Shown here: piece after piece, positions 22,660 through 37,085 of the stretch
Position numbering within the stretch: position 1 is the stretch's first letter
How the letters are laid out: each line of letters begins with the position of its first letter
Source of the DNA: the human T2T-CHM13v2.0 reference genome, Homo sapiens
Strand: one strand, 5' to 3'
DNA: 64,000 nucleotides
Assembly (NCBI RefSeq): GCF_009914755.1
Contig: NC_060930.1
Position numbers and translations under genes: made by a program
Notes under the pieces: generated by a model
Seen by the model: only the letters and a program-made list of their open reading frames with translations
Databases searched by the model: none
What the model was told of the DNA's origin: nothing

Positions 22660-25600
22660 GTAGTCTATTAAAATCTCTCCTATGAAAGTAGCTTTGTAAA
22701 TGATTTTTATAATCCACCCTCCTTTTCCTGTTGCTTTATTTTGAGGCCATGGTGTTACATAAATAAGGGACATGATATTAATATCTTCTTGATTGCTTTA
22801 TCCGTAAGAAATGTCCTTCCTTATCCTTCTTAATGCTTTTCACCATAACTTTTTTTTCATATAGCTAATTGAGCTTTCTTTAAGATAACATCTTTGTGGT
22901 TTATCCTTCTGCCCTCACTATATTTTCTATCTTCTGTGTCTTTGTGTTTTAGGTAAATACTCTTGTAAACAACATGCAGCCGGACTTTTAAAATGCAATC
23001 TGAAAATATTTGCCTTTTAATAGATGAATTTTATAGATCGTTTAATTAGTTTAAATTATTAAATCTATTCCTAAGTATGTTATCTCTTTTGTTACTGTTA
23101 TAAATAAGGTATTCTGTTCCATTATATTCTAACTGGTTATTTTTTCTGCATATGAAAGCTATTGATTTTTGTGTGTAAAGTTTATATCCTATTACCCTGA
23201 TTAATGATTTTATTGTTTGAGTTAGTTTTATTATTGCTTCTCTAGGGATTTTTAAATATGCTATTATTTCACCTATTAATCATGGTTTTACTTCTTATTC
23301 TTTTCTTCTGATTGTTCTCTTTTGCTCAATTTCATTGGTTTCCCATAACACGATTAATAGTAATAAAGAGTGCAGTCATCCTTGCCTTGTTCCTGATCAT
23401 GACAGGAATGCCTCTAGTCTCTCCATTAAGAGTGTGGCTTTAAAAATAAGATATTTGTATGTTATGATATTAAGGAAATATTCATCCATAGCATTCTTTG
23501 AAAGTTTTAAATAGAATGTGTGTTGAATTTTGGCAAAGTATTTTTAAACACATTTGGAGATCATCCCATGATCTTTCTTTTTAGACCCATTAATATGGGA
23601 CATTATATTAATAGATTCTCTAATGTTACATTAGACTTGCATAAATGCTATAAATTCCATTTAGTCGTGATGTAATTTTTGGTTAATGTGGTTCTCCAAC
23701 CTGTGTACTAAATTATTATAATTAAGATTTTTGTATCAAAATTCATAAGCAACATTGATGTATATTTTCCTTTTCTTGTATTAACTGGTGTCAAAGTTAA
23801 TCTTGACTTGTAAAATGAATGTAGAAGTTTGTACTCATTTTCTATGCCCTGAAATGACTTTTTTTTAACTTTGGAATTATCTGTTTTTTTCATATTTTGG
23901 TAGAATTCCTCTGTGATAGCATCTGTGCCTGATTCATTTGTGTAAGATAATGCCTTGACAAATTTTTTCTTCTTCTATGGGAATTAATGTAAGTTTTTTA
24001 TTTATTGAGATCAATTTTGACAAATTTTACTTTTCTAAAAATTACTTGCATACAGGTATAACAATGTCTTATATTCTTTTAAATTCTCTCTGTATCTATA
24101 GATATTTTGTATATTTATGTTTCATCTCATTTTTCTTCATGAACTTGGCCATAGATTTTTTCGTATCTTCAAAGAACCAAAATTTTCAACTATTTGTTGA
24201 ATCTAATATTTTCCTGTTCTATACCTCACTATTTTTTTCCTTTACCTTTATTATTTTCTTATTGTGTTTTCATCATGTTTACTTTGTTGTTCTTTGAATA
24301 ACTTCTTAAGTTGGAAATTTAACTCATTTATTTTCACTCTTTTGTTTTCACTGACAGAGAGCCATTTAAGGCTATGAATTTTCCTCTAGTCAGTGCTTTG
24401 AATCTATCCCATTGATTCTCATATGGATTATTATTATTATTTTCCAGAAATTCTGAAATTTCAAGTTATATTTCCCCCCTCTTCAAGAGTTGTTTAATAA
24501 AAGGTCTTAAATTTCCTTTGAAATAATTTTGGAAGTTTTGTTTTAATAATCCCTTTTAAAATTGTGTGGTTTTGTATGTGTTTTTATCAAAGAGTTTTGT
24601 TTGTAATATATTTACTATATAGAATTGACCAGTGCTCTCTTGGTGATGAAATATATAGTCAACATATATTCTTTGTGAATTGTCTCTGTGCAATTGTGTG
24701 AAAAGTATATTTCCTATTTTAAGGGTCTAGTATGATATGACAGATATAAAGATACATATAAAGATATATATACGCACATATCTACTTTACTCTAGAGGTT
24801 ATTTTATATTCTTTATATTCATATTTATATGTGTACTTGACCCATCTTTTACCAAGAGCAGTATGTTAAAGTTTTCTATTATTAGTGTGTCTATATCTAT
24901 TTATCCTTGCACCTATGTTTTCTGTTTTATGTGGTTAGTTGCTATTTGATGCATAGTCATAACTGTTAAAGCCTCACTGTGAGTTTCAGCATTATAAATT
25001 CTTCTTGTTTTTGCTGTTTTTGCTCAAATTCTATTGTGTCTAAAATCAGAATTGTAACACCAATTTTCTCATTGTTTCCATTTGCCTAGTATATACTTTG
25101 CTCATCCCCTTATCTTTAGTCTTTTTTAAATCAGTATGTCTTAGGTCTGTTTTTGTTTCCATTATGGCTTTGGGTTTACTTTATTTGCCACTGTGAAAAT
25201 AATTTTCATTTAATATATGAGTTAACCCTATTCACCTTTTTTGATATTAGTCTCAAAACTGTCATATAATTTTGTGATAATAACTGGTTTCATTATGTCA
25301 TATTTACTGTTTCTTTTTTTATATGATGACACATTGTAATTATTTTAAAAATTCTTTAGGTATTTTTGGAAAGCTTATACTTTTGTTCTAGTTGTTAATG
25401 TATATTTACACCTTTTGTGATACCAGAGTTCTCTATTTTATTCTTGCTTAACCATCCACTACCTTGTCTGTGAATTTAAATAATATCCTTCGATTTACAT
25501 CCATTTTCTATGTATTGATTAATGATCTCATTGTACTTTCCTTTTTGTCTCTTCCTTTACTTGCCATTGTTTGTTTATGTCTTCGTTGTCTGAATGCATA

Positions 25601-27600
25601 CATTCTTATTTTAATGTAGCACAACAATTAAAAGAATCAAGTTATTACCATCAGTTCTATACTACAGATTCCCCAGTTATCTCTCCCTCAGTTGGGCAAT
25701 GCACATCTTCTGGCAGCTGTCTGAGGAGGGCCCTGAGGCACTGAGTTCCCTGCGCTCTTGGGCACATTTAGTGTTGTTCTTGTAAAGCCTTGATACTTGG
25801 GAAACAGCTTGGTTTTAAGCATGCATAATTCATTTAACCATATAAGTCATTTGTTACATTTTTCTGAAGGTTCCAATGAATACTTTTATTAGACTATGTT
25901 TCAAAATTAGTAATTTCCATTCAGTCTTCCCAGAAAAACAATATCCTCTTTCAATTTATCAGTTGAAGTGTTTTTATTTTTTCTAGAAAATTTACTTGGA
26001 TTACTACTTTAAATATTGGTAGTTTTTCTTTATTTTGTGCTGCTTCTTCAAGGGCTCCATTTATATCTATTTTGGACCATTTTTTCCTGTCTTCTGTTTC
26101 AACCAGCTTCCCTCTGACCAACTTTACTTTTGTTTACTTTAATCTTCTTCATTGTTATGTTTTTCCACAATGTTCTTCATTAAATTTTCATTTTAATTAT
26201 TTACCCTAAGGCCCCTAATAATTTTTCTCTTCACTTTGGATATTGTTTTCATCTTTTGCTTCCATATTTTTCTTGATTTCTATTAACTTTGGTAAATATA
26301 TATATTTATATATGTTACATATATGCATGTGTGTATGTACATTATATATATGAAAATTATATATATTCAAATTATATATACATATATACATACAGATTTT
26401 ATATATGTATTCAGAGTTTTAATATATATTCAGACAATGTCTATTCAGGGTATATTTGTATACATTTAGCTTATATACATATAATTATGTTTGGAGTGTT
26501 TAGTCTGTTAGTTTTCTTCTGTTTCATATTGCTTTTGGAGGTGAAAGAATTTTCATCAGCGGAAATGTTATAATTTGCCTTTTTTCAGAGAATCTTTATA
26601 TGAAGTCGCTTTGATTTTTTCCCACTCATAGGCATTTGTGGACAGGATTCCTAGTTCAAAAACCTCTTCTCCATCAGTTTAGTAAACCACAGTTTATTAA
26701 ATGGTGATGCTGGTATTGGTAAAAGGGGAGAGGTTGGTGTGTTGTGTCTGAAAATTAGGCACTTCTTCCTATACCTTCTTTCTCTGCCTGACACATCTCT
26801 GACAGGTACCACTCCTTGTCAATATGAATCTTTCCAAGAAGCAGTGTTTCCTGGAAGCTACAAAATCCAGTGCTGCTCACTTTTAAATTGCCACCCTGTG
26901 GCCACTCACAGCCCAACATTTAGCAGATTAGACTCAGTGTTGGAGTTTTCTTAGAGTGATTGCTCTACACTTCATTTTAGTTTCTTACTCTTCTCTTCTA
27001 TTTTTCCTGGAATCTCTGAAGACTCAACTATCCTGTTCTCCAAAGCTAATGGCTTGCAATGGTGATAGACGCTCCTTTGGAATTTGGTATTTACTTCTTT
27101 GTCTTTAGGTAATTGAAATGTTTTGTATTCTCTACCCTGAGCAATGAGGATGGTGGGGACATGTGGGACTTAGACTCTTTTGTGATGGTGATATAGTTTC
27201 CTGGGAAGATTTTTGACAAGATTCCAGTGCAGTTCATTGCCATTATCCGCTGAAAACAATCCACTCATCTACTCCACCACCTTACAACATTTACCTCAGA
27301 AGAGTAGACATTCCCATTGCCATTCCTTTGTAGACAGTCTGCCTTTTCTCTTTGGTAGCTGCAGTTTTTTGATAATGTGCCTATGAGTAAATTTGTTTTT
27401 ATTTGTCATGAATGAGACTTTCTGTGCTTTTTCAAAGTGAAGATTCATGTCTTTTTTCCAAAAAATCATAGAAAAATATTAGTCATCATATTTTTAAATA
27501 TTACTTCTTCTGCATTACTTCATTATCTCTTTCTGTACCTTATTTGATACATGTTGGAACTTCAATTTCAATCCCAAATGTCCTTTTTTTCTTGCTAGTA
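22660..27600 (-). mobile_element. Block of old antisense L1M (L1ME-like) ORF2, ORF1 and 5' remnants, probably more than one insertion
   Basis: T-rich strand; catccttgccttgttcctgatc, ttttggtagaattcctctgtga, taaggctatgaattttcctct, ttgtaaacaacatgcagccgg are antisense L1 ORF2 landmarks. Confidence 0.75.
26296..26490. repeat. (TA)n-rich low-complexity tract
   Basis: atatatatttatatatgttacatatatgc...; explains I/Y-rich ORF 26289-26573. Confidence 0.85.
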
Positions 27601-27934
27601 ACAAAATTTCAATTTCTTTTTTTTACACTTGGGACCATGGCCATGCCAGTAATGCAGAACCATGGAAAACCATTACATTTCTGTCAGCAGTTACACTAAT
27701 TTATTATGAGGAATTCATAATAGAGGAAGATTAAAGGGTCACTTATTTCCAAAATTATCATTTTATATAAGATAATTTCAAGTGTTAGTGGCAGATACTG
27801 CATTAGCATTTCTTCACATCATACTGAACATTACCTTCTATAGCAATCCATACAACAACGTGGAAAAACATCAATTAATACTGTTCATAATCGAGATGAC
27901 AATATCATGCAAAGTCAGAGATTTAGGGAAATCA

Positions 27935-28120
27935 TTCTGGGTTGGAGACAGCAGATCTTATATTTTCTCCTTACCCTGCCATTTCCTATTTATACAGTCT
28001 TAACAAATTCAATTAATTCTTTTCTTTGGTTTCTCTAATTCCTAAGTGGGGACAATTATTTCAATAGAATGAATATTATAAATGTCTGACACAGTGCCTG
28101 AAACAAAATATTTTTGAATT
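27935..28120 (+). mobile_element. MIR fragment, degraded
   Basis: ccctgccatttcct...ggtttctctaattcctaagtggggacaatt...gacacagtgcctgaaaca. Confidence 0.5.
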
Positions 28121-28411
28121 TGAAGTACTGCCTCTGAAAAAATTAAATAATTGTCCTGTGTGATTCTTTTATTATCTTTAATTCATCAAACTTTTAAAAT
28201 CCCTACACTGTAGTGATGACACTAGGATATGCAAACATTGGCAACGTTAGAACTCTGGGAATTTTAGCACCATTGACTGCAACACAGAATGAGGAAAATG
28301 AAACAAAGTTAGTGGCAGGAAAAAAAAAAAAAAGCAGTGACAAGCCCAGGTTTCCTGAGTTCCTTCCTTGGCATTCTTTCCATTACCCTACACTGCCCCA
28401 ACCATGCTGGC

Positions 28412-28879
28412 TGTGATGGTTAATACTGAGTGTCAACTTGATTGGATTGAAGGATGCAAAATATTGATCCTAGGTGTGTCTGTTGAGGGTGTTGCCAAAG
28501 CAGGTTAACATTTGAGTCAGTGGGCTGGGAAAGGCCCATCTATCCTTAATCTGGGTGGGCACCATCTAATCAGCTGCCAGCATGGCAAGAATATAAAGCA
28601 GGCAGAAAAACGTGAAGAGACTAGACTGGCTTAACCTCCCAGCTTAAATCTTTCTCCCATGCTGAATGATTCCTGCCCTCGAACATCAGACTTCAACTTC
28701 TTCAGCTTTGGGATTCGGACTGGCTTCCCTGCTCCTCAGCTTGCGGATGGCCTATTGTAAGACCTTACGATCGTGTGAGTTAATACTCCTTAATAAACTC
28801 TCATATTTGTATATATTATATATATATATATATGTATCCCCTATTAGTTCTGTCCCTCTAGAGAACCCTGACTGATACA
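28412..28879 (+). mobile_element. HERV-L 5' LTR, MLT2A1-like
   Basis: tgtgatggttaatactgagtgtcaacttgattggattgaaggatgc...ttctgtccctctagagaaccctgactgataca; TATAAA 28592-28597; AATAAA near 28792; followed by PBS. Confidence 0.93.
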
Positions 28880-31042
28880 GATTTTGGTACCAGGAGTGGT
28901 TCTAGAGGAACAGAATATTAAGGATGGAGTTCTTTCATTGTTTTTTGGGTTTCTGGATTTGGCCGCTTAATATGATTAGACCCAAAAATGCTAAGGACTC
29001 TACTTCTAATAGTATGGAGAACACTGATAGTCCTTGGCGTGAATTGTTTATAGTTATGCAAAATGAATGCATTTGACACTCCTGATTCAGTGCTTATGAG
29101 AAGCAAGGAGTTTAGTGACGCTACACATAATACCTTTGACTGTATGTGGAGAACCAGGGAACATAATGAAGCTGGTTGGTTGCTCTTAAGTTCACTGGAC
29201 AATGTGATGAAAGAAAATGATGAACCCAAGGATTCTAACTCTCGGCTTCAGAAACCGATACTGAGCTTCAAATCTGCTAAGATTGCCCTGAGTGATTCTT
29301 ATTTCCTGTAAAGAAAGAGCTGAAATTGTGGAAAAAGAGACACAAGCTCTTATCATGCAAGTGGGTGACCTGCAATGAAAGGTGCATGCACAGCCTCGCC
29401 AGATGTCTGCTGTTAAAATGAGGGCATTGATTGGAAAAGAATGGGACCCTGCAACTTGGAATGGGGACCTGTGGAAGGATCATGATGAAGCTGGGGACAC
29501 TGAGTTTGTGAACTCTGATGAATCTTTTTTGCCAGAAGGAACAGCTTCCCCATCCCCAGTAGTGGCAACATCCCCTCTCCGACCCATGCTGCCATCAGCC
29601 TTTCCACCTTTGTCTGGGAAGATAAACCCTGCACTGCCTGAGGCAACAGTGATGTCCTTCCCTGAGACAGTTGCCAGGCAAAATAATGTTGATTCTCCTG
29701 AGGAGCCACCCCCAACACCCCTGTTTGCTTCTAGACCTAACACTAGACTAAAGTCCTGGCAGGCACCTAGATGTGAGGTTGAGAGTGTGACCCATGAAAA
29801 GGTGCACTACACTTGAAAAGAACTGCTTGAGTTCTGTAATTTATATAAACAGAAATCTGTAATTTATATAAACAGCATGGGAATGGATATTAAGGGTGTG
29901 GGATAATGGTGGAAGGAACATAGAGTTGGATCAGGCTGAATTTATTGATTTGGGCCCACTAAGTAGGGACTCTGCATTTAATGTTGTAGCTTGGAGAGTT
30001 TAAAAAAGCTCTAATAGTTTATTTGCTTGGTTAGCTGAAATAAAATGGCCCACCATGAGCAGATAGAAATGTCTGATCTCCCTTGGTTTAATGTAGAGGA
30101 AGGGATCCAAAGGTTAGGGAGATTGGGATGGTGGAGTGGAGCAGTCACTTTAGACCTACTCATCCCAGCTGGGAGGGTCCAGAAGATATACGCTTGACCA
30201 GTGCCTTGCAAAATAGATTTGTGAAGACAGCACCTGCATCTTTGAAGAGCCCTGTAATTGCTTTTCTCTGTATGTCAGATTTAACAGTGAGAACCGCAGT
30301 CACTCAACTACAAAATTTAAATACAATGGAAATATTGGATCCCGAGGTGGCAGGGAGCAAATGGCAGCACTCAACTGTCAAAGGTAAGGTGGGCATAACT
30401 ACCGTAATGGACAGCAGAGGCAAATCAGCAATCAGAATAGTCTGACTCATGTAGAGCTGTGACACTGGCTAATTAATGATGGTGTTCCTAGAAGTGAAAT
30501 TGATAGGAAGCCTACTATATTCCTATATTAATTGATATAATCAGAAAACTTCCAGGTTGAATGAACAAAAGACTAATTTGAATTATAAAAACAGAGAATC
30601 ATGGCCCCTCAATCAGTTTCCTGACTTGAGACAGTTTATAGACCCAGAACCCCTTGAATGAAAGGGAGGCTGGATCTCCTTGAGGAAGAACCCACTACAC
30701 TACTGACATTTTATGCTGTTAATCTTTCTCCCGTCCTTCCCCAAGGAGACCTCCGGTCTTTTGCCAGGTTAACCGTGCACTGGGGAAAGGGAAATGATTA
30801 GACACTTTGGGGACAACTAGACAATAGCTCTGAGCTGACACTGATTCCTAAGGACCCAAAACGTCATTGTGGTCCTCCAGTTAAAGTAGGGACTTATGGA
30901 AGTCAGGTAATTAATGGAGTTTTAGCTCAGATCCTACTTACAGTAGGTCCATGGGTCTCCAGACTCATCCTGTGGTCATTTCCCCAGTGCCAGAATGCAT
31001 AAATAGCATAGACATACTTAGCAGCTCACAGAAACCCCACAC
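28880..31042 (+). pseudogene. HERV-L internal region: disrupted gag (Fv1-related family) and protease start; 3'-truncated
   Basis: ORF pieces ...VKMRALIGKEWDPATWNGDLW..., capsid MHR-like WEWILRVWDNGGRNIELDQAEFIDLGPLSRDSAFN; protease motif decayed to QLDNSSELTLIP at 30814-30849; many stops and frameshifts. Confidence 0.92.
28885..28899 (+). other. Retroviral primer-binding site for tRNA-Leu
   Basis: tggtaccaggagtgg, complementary to the 3' end of tRNA-Leu(TAA) (...ccactcctggtacca), just downstream of the LTR. Confidence 0.85.
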
Positions 31043-31067
31043 CATCCCAGAATAGGTACTCACCTTA

Positions 31068-31397
<330 letters not shown>

Positions 31398-34159
31398 CTA
31401 GTGTTTCAAAGTGGTTTTCTATGTGTTATATTTTAAATATCAAATGGGTTTAATTCTTCTGTTATCTTGATTTGCTTTGTGAAATTCATGTAGGAAACAT
31501 ATATAAATGCTTAGTTGGTCCCCACATAAATATATGCCACATTAGGAAGTATTCATCCTCATTAGCAAGAGCTGCCTGTATAAATTCAACAAAAAGGGAA
31601 AGCCAGCAGATCTCCATGACATTTAAGATGGAATAGATTTCTTTTTTATTTTATTGTATCAAACTCACTGTTGCTGTCAATATCCTACTTTACTTTGAAA
31701 CAGCAGCATTATTTTGAAAATAGCACACATTCTGCTTGAGTCTTCAAGCTAGAATGTGGTGGAGCCAAGGACATGAAATGAGAACAGCTCTGTTCTTGTT
31801 TGCCAGAACATTTACAATTTTTACTATTATTCCTTTTCCTGGTTTAGAATCTCTTGTGCAGTTCTCCTCTCATTCCAAAATGGATACTTCACAAATAGAA
31901 AATTAATGGGCAATAGATAAGAACCTGGTAATTTTGTGACTGTTAGGTGTAATATTAGAAGCCTGTAATTTAAAGCAATCACTGACTAAGCTTTCTAATT
32001 CATAAAGGACAGGAAAAGAAAAGAGTGCATTTGTACTGATGAAATCTTTTTTAGTCCTCATTTGCTGTTATCGATAGACGACAGATTTCTGTTGCAAATA
32101 TATGTCTTAACTATTAAAATATGCATGCATATTTAGTTAAGAATTAGTCATTAGTATAAAACTAGGATACATAGAGAGCAAAATGCTACAATATTGTAAT
32201 GTAATTATAATATTGTAAGCAAAGTTGCATGGAATGTTAGATTTTTCTGATCAGGAATGGTCCCAAAAAGCTGTTTGGTTTGACCTTCATATGCACTATA
32301 GCTAATTCACTTTGTAGCAGGATCTTGTCTCTGACTTCTGCTATAAAATGTTTCTCTTATTCTCAATTCTGGAGGATGAAGGGCATTTAACAAAAGCTCT
32401 GGGGAAACGATTTAAACTAATCCTGTCTTCCACAAGCCAGGCCAGCTGACTATAGCACAGAATGCCAATATACTAGTTTATAATGGTAATAAAACAGACA
32501 ATTTTTAAATGACCAGCATACCTATGCTTTATCTCTAAGGAAACCTATGACTCTGAAACAGACAAGAGACAGAATTGAGCATATTACTCAATACACACAA
32601 ATGATAATTAACAAATATTGTGTTTTTGAAGATAATAAATAAACATAAGTGTATATCTTTAAAGGGCATTTTTAACATGCTCATAAAAACACTGCCATAT
32701 AAAAAGAGAAACTGTAAGATATATTGGTGTTAAAGTTCATGATTGGACACTGAAATGTCAACAGCAGACTGTTGTAAAAAAAAGCTTCATTAAAAAGAAA
32801 ATATCTGAAAATCAAATAAAAAGAAGTTTATTAGTAAATTGTATGGAATCCCAGTAAAGATTAACCTAAAGCAGAAAAAAAAATACAGTATTTTTCTCTT
32901 TATTTTTCCTATTTTTCCAACATCTCTGCCACCAAAACCGTGTAGGACATTGTATTTTGAAAAATTCGACACAGAACTACAACAATATGTTTTCCTTAAA
33001 TTTGAGTATTCTTGGTATCTTACTGACATATTACCATCAGAAAAGTCCGTGAGCAACCAAGAAGTTGAATCAAAAGTCATTTATATAATTAAATAGAAAA
33101 TATTACTCTGGAAAAACCACAAATGCCTAGAACATACGGAAATACAATTTATTGAATAATATATCTTTGCTCAATGATTTGAAGCACCATTTGAATATAC
33201 ATTTCACTCTCTTATATGTCTAAATCTTCATGAATCCATGGCGTTTTGCATATGTATCTTCCTAGTGCATCTCCTGAACTGTGTAGGAACAGGGAATCTT
33301 ACGGCTGCACTGGGGCAGCCTTATGAGTACTCCTGGGGCTGTCTAGATATCTGGTCCTGACCCTTCGCCAAAACGAGGATGAGATGGGAGGGCTAATGAG
33401 TTACAATGTGCTGTTCAAAGTCTGAAATTTTCTTGGAGATGTGCACTGTTGGTTTGTTTACCTCGTTTAGGAATAAATTGATAGGTGATTTTCACCTACT
33501 TTAATTGGTCACACATTCTAGCATTAGCTGCATGTCCAGCAGGATACAAAAGATGCCTCAGGATTCTTCGGCCTGAACTCCCTGGTGTCTACTTCTAGAC
33601 TATAGATATTGCATTGGGTTCTATTTCTCAGTTGTTTGTGAAGCAAATCCTGTGAAAGTGAGAAAGGATGGGGGCTTGGGTGGCAGCTGCACCTGAACAA
33701 GTGTGAACCACTTTATGATTATGATTACCTGTACTTCCTCCTGTTTGTTGCATGCTTTATCATTATGTATGTGAGTGCTCCCTCTGGAGTTTGTGAGTCC
33801 TTTCAATTATCCTACCCTGAGTACCCCATGCAATGTTTTATAAGGCTGTGTCCCCATTATTAATTTACAACAAACAGCTTTCTTCTCATGCACTTCCACC
33901 TTATGTACTTCAGAAACAGACTGGTCGAATTCTGAAAGGAAAAGCATTAAGGCTTTGGTTGGAATTTTGCTAAATATATAGATAAAATTATTGAGTCAGA
34001 ATCAACAACTTTACATTTCTCCCCTCCTGGCATGCCTTTCAGTTCGAAGGAGAATGAGCACATACACTAGCATAAACGAGAAAAACAATGCAACAGGGCA
34101 TGCATACAAGTAAGAATATGGAGAGGGAAATGCCGGCAGTTACAAAGACTGGAAATTTT

Positions 34160-36876
34160 CAGAAGAAATTGAAATCCTAAATAGACCAATAATGATTTTC
34201 AAAGTTGAATCAGTAACTTAAAAACCTACCAACAAAGAAAGACCTGGACCAGAAAGACTCATGGCCAAATTATCCCAGACATACAAAGAGCTGTTACCAA
34301 TCCTACTGAAAGTATTACAAAAAATCAAGGAGGAGGGACTCTTTCCTAACTCATTTTATGAGGCCAGCCTCATTCTGTTACCAAAACCTGGCAGAAGCAC
34401 AATGAAAAAAGAAAACTTCAGGCCAATATCCCTGATGAACACAGATGTAAAAATCCTCAACAAAATACTAGCAGACTAAACCCAGCAGCACATCAAAAAG
34501 CTAATCCACCACGATCAAGTAGGCTTTATTCCCTGGATGCAAGGCTGGTTCAACATATGAAAACCAGTAAATGTGATTCATCACACAAACAGAACTAAAA
34601 CCAAAAACCACATGATCATCTCAATAGATGGAGAAAAGGCTTTCAATAAAATTCAACATCTCTTCATGTTAAAAACCCTCAACAAACTAGGCACTGAAAG
34701 AACATACCTCAAAATAATAAGAGTCATCTAAAACAAACCCACAGACAATATCATACTGAATGGGCAAAAGCTGGAAGCATTCACCTTGAGAACAGGAACA
34801 AGACAAGGATACCCTCTCTTACCACTCCCAGGGAACATAGTACTGAAAGTCCTAACCAGAGCAATCAGGCAAGAGAAAGAAATAAAAGGCACCCAAATAG
34901 GAAGAGATGAAGTCAAACCATCTCTCTTCACAGGTAATAAGATTCTGTATGTAGAAAACCCCTGAGTCTCTGTCCAAAAGCTCCTGGGACTAATAAACAA
35001 CTTCAGTAAATTTTCAGGATACAAAATCAATGTAAAAAAATAGTAGCATTTCTGTACACCAATAACATCCAAGCTGAGAACCAAATCAAGAACGCAATCC
35101 AATTCACAATAACCAGAAGAATAAAATACCTAAAAATACAGCCAACCAGAAAAGTAACTAAAAAAAGTCTCTACAATAAGAATTATAAAACACTGTTGAA
35201 AGAAATCAGAGACAACAAAAACAAATGGAAAAGCATTCCATACTCATGGATAGGAAGAATCAATATTGTAAAAATGGCTGTACTGCCCAAAGCACTTTGC
35301 AGATTCAATGCTATTGCTATCAAACTACCAATGTCATTTTTCACAGAACTAGAAACAACTACTCTAAAAGTGATATGGAACCAAAAAAGAGCCTGAATAG
35401 CTAAAGCACTCCTAAGCAAAAAGAACAAAGCCAGAGGCACCACACTACCCGATTTCCAACTATACGACATGGCTACAGTAACTAAAACAGCATGAGACTG
35501 GTACAAAAACAAACAGGTAGACCAATGTAACACATTCGAGAAACCAAACAGAAAGCCATACACCTACAACCAGCTGATATTCAACAAGGTGGACAAAACA
35601 AGCAATGGGAAAATGACTCCCTATTCAATAAATGGTGCTGGGAGAACTGGCTAGCCATATGCAGAAGATGGAAACTTGACCCCTTCCTTTCACCATATAC
35701 AAAATTCAACTCAAGATGGATTAAAGACTTAAATGTAAAACCTAATACTATTAAAAACCTGGAAGAAAATCTAGGAAATACCATTCTAGACATAAAATCA
35801 TACGCAATGATTTTATGACGAAGTCCCCAAAAGCAATTACAACAAAAACAAAAATTTACAAGTGAGACCTAATTAAACTACAGAGCTTCTGCACAACAGA
35901 AGAAACTATCAACAAAGTAAACAGACAACCTACAGAATAGGATTAAATGTTCACAAACTATACATCCAACAAATGAATCTGTAAGGAACTTAAATCAACA
36001 AACAAAAAATAAACAATCCCATTTTAAAAAATGGTCAAAGAACATAAATAGACCTCTCGAAAGAAGGCATATATGCAGCCAATAAGCATATGAAAAACTG
36101 CCCAACATCACTAATCACTAGAGAAATGCAAATCAAAACCACAATGAAGCACTATCTTACACCAGTCAGAATGGCTATTATTAAAAAGTCAAAAATAACA
36201 GATATTAGTCAGCAAGGTTGCAGAGAAAAGGGAACACTAATACACTGCTGGTGGGAGTGTAAATTAGTTCAGCCACTGTGGAAAACAGTTTTGAGATTTC
36301 TCAAAGAACTTAAAACAGAACTGTCATTCAACCCAGTAACCCCATTACTGGGTATATACCCAAAGGAATATAAATTGTTCTACCATAAAGACACATGCAC
36401 TTGTATGTTCACTGAAACAGTATTCACACTAGCAAAGATATGGAATCAACCAAGATGCCCATCAACAGTGGACTGGATAAAGAGAATGTGGTATATATGT
36501 ACTATGGAATACTATACAGCCATAAAAAAAGAATGAAATTATGTCCTTTGCAGCAACATGGATGCAGCTGGAGACCATTATCCTAAGCAAATTAAAGCAG
36601 GAATGGAAAACCAAATACCACATGTTCTCACTTATAAGTGAGAGCTAAACTTTGAGAACAAATGGATGCTAGGAAAGGAATGACACACACCGGGGCCTAC
36701 TTGGGGGTGGGGGGCGGTGGGACAGGGGCAAAAAAAACTACCTATCAGGTACTATGCTCACTACCCAGGTGATAAAATCATTTATACACCAAACCCCAGT
36801 AACAGACAATCTACCCATGTGACAAATCTGCACAAGTATCCCCCTGAAACTAAAATAAAAGTTGGAGAAAAAAAAA
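34160..36876 (+). mobile_element. 5'-truncated primate L1 (L1PA15/16-like): ORF2 RT and C-terminal remnants, 3'UTR, A tail
   Basis: ORF pieces [17 protein letters not shown]...[55 protein letters not shown]; catalytic FADD decayed; 3' end cctatcaggtactatgctcactacc...aactaaaataaaagttg. Confidence 0.95.
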
Positions 36877-36909
36877 GAGATAGGTGGTTTTAAGGAGGCT
36901 GCTAGATTA

Positions 36910-37035
36910 TTTTAAAAGCTAACATTTATTAAATGCTTACTACATGCCTGGAACTGTTCTAACACTGCAGGCATTACTTGTTTAATCCTTACAACAATAT
37001 ATGGGGTATGAATAGATGATAGATATAGATAGATG

Positions 37036-37085
<50 letters not shown>

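Noticed and set aside
29063-30445. ERVL gag ORF pieces as a domesticated Fv1-like gene
   Set aside because: Longest piece is 144 aa; stops and frameshifts separate the pieces and the MHR is disrupted.
34261-36536. L1 ORF2-like ORFs (RT and C-terminal domain)
   Set aside because: Fragments of a 5'-truncated L1 with stops, frameshifts and a decayed catalytic FADD motif; not a functional RT.
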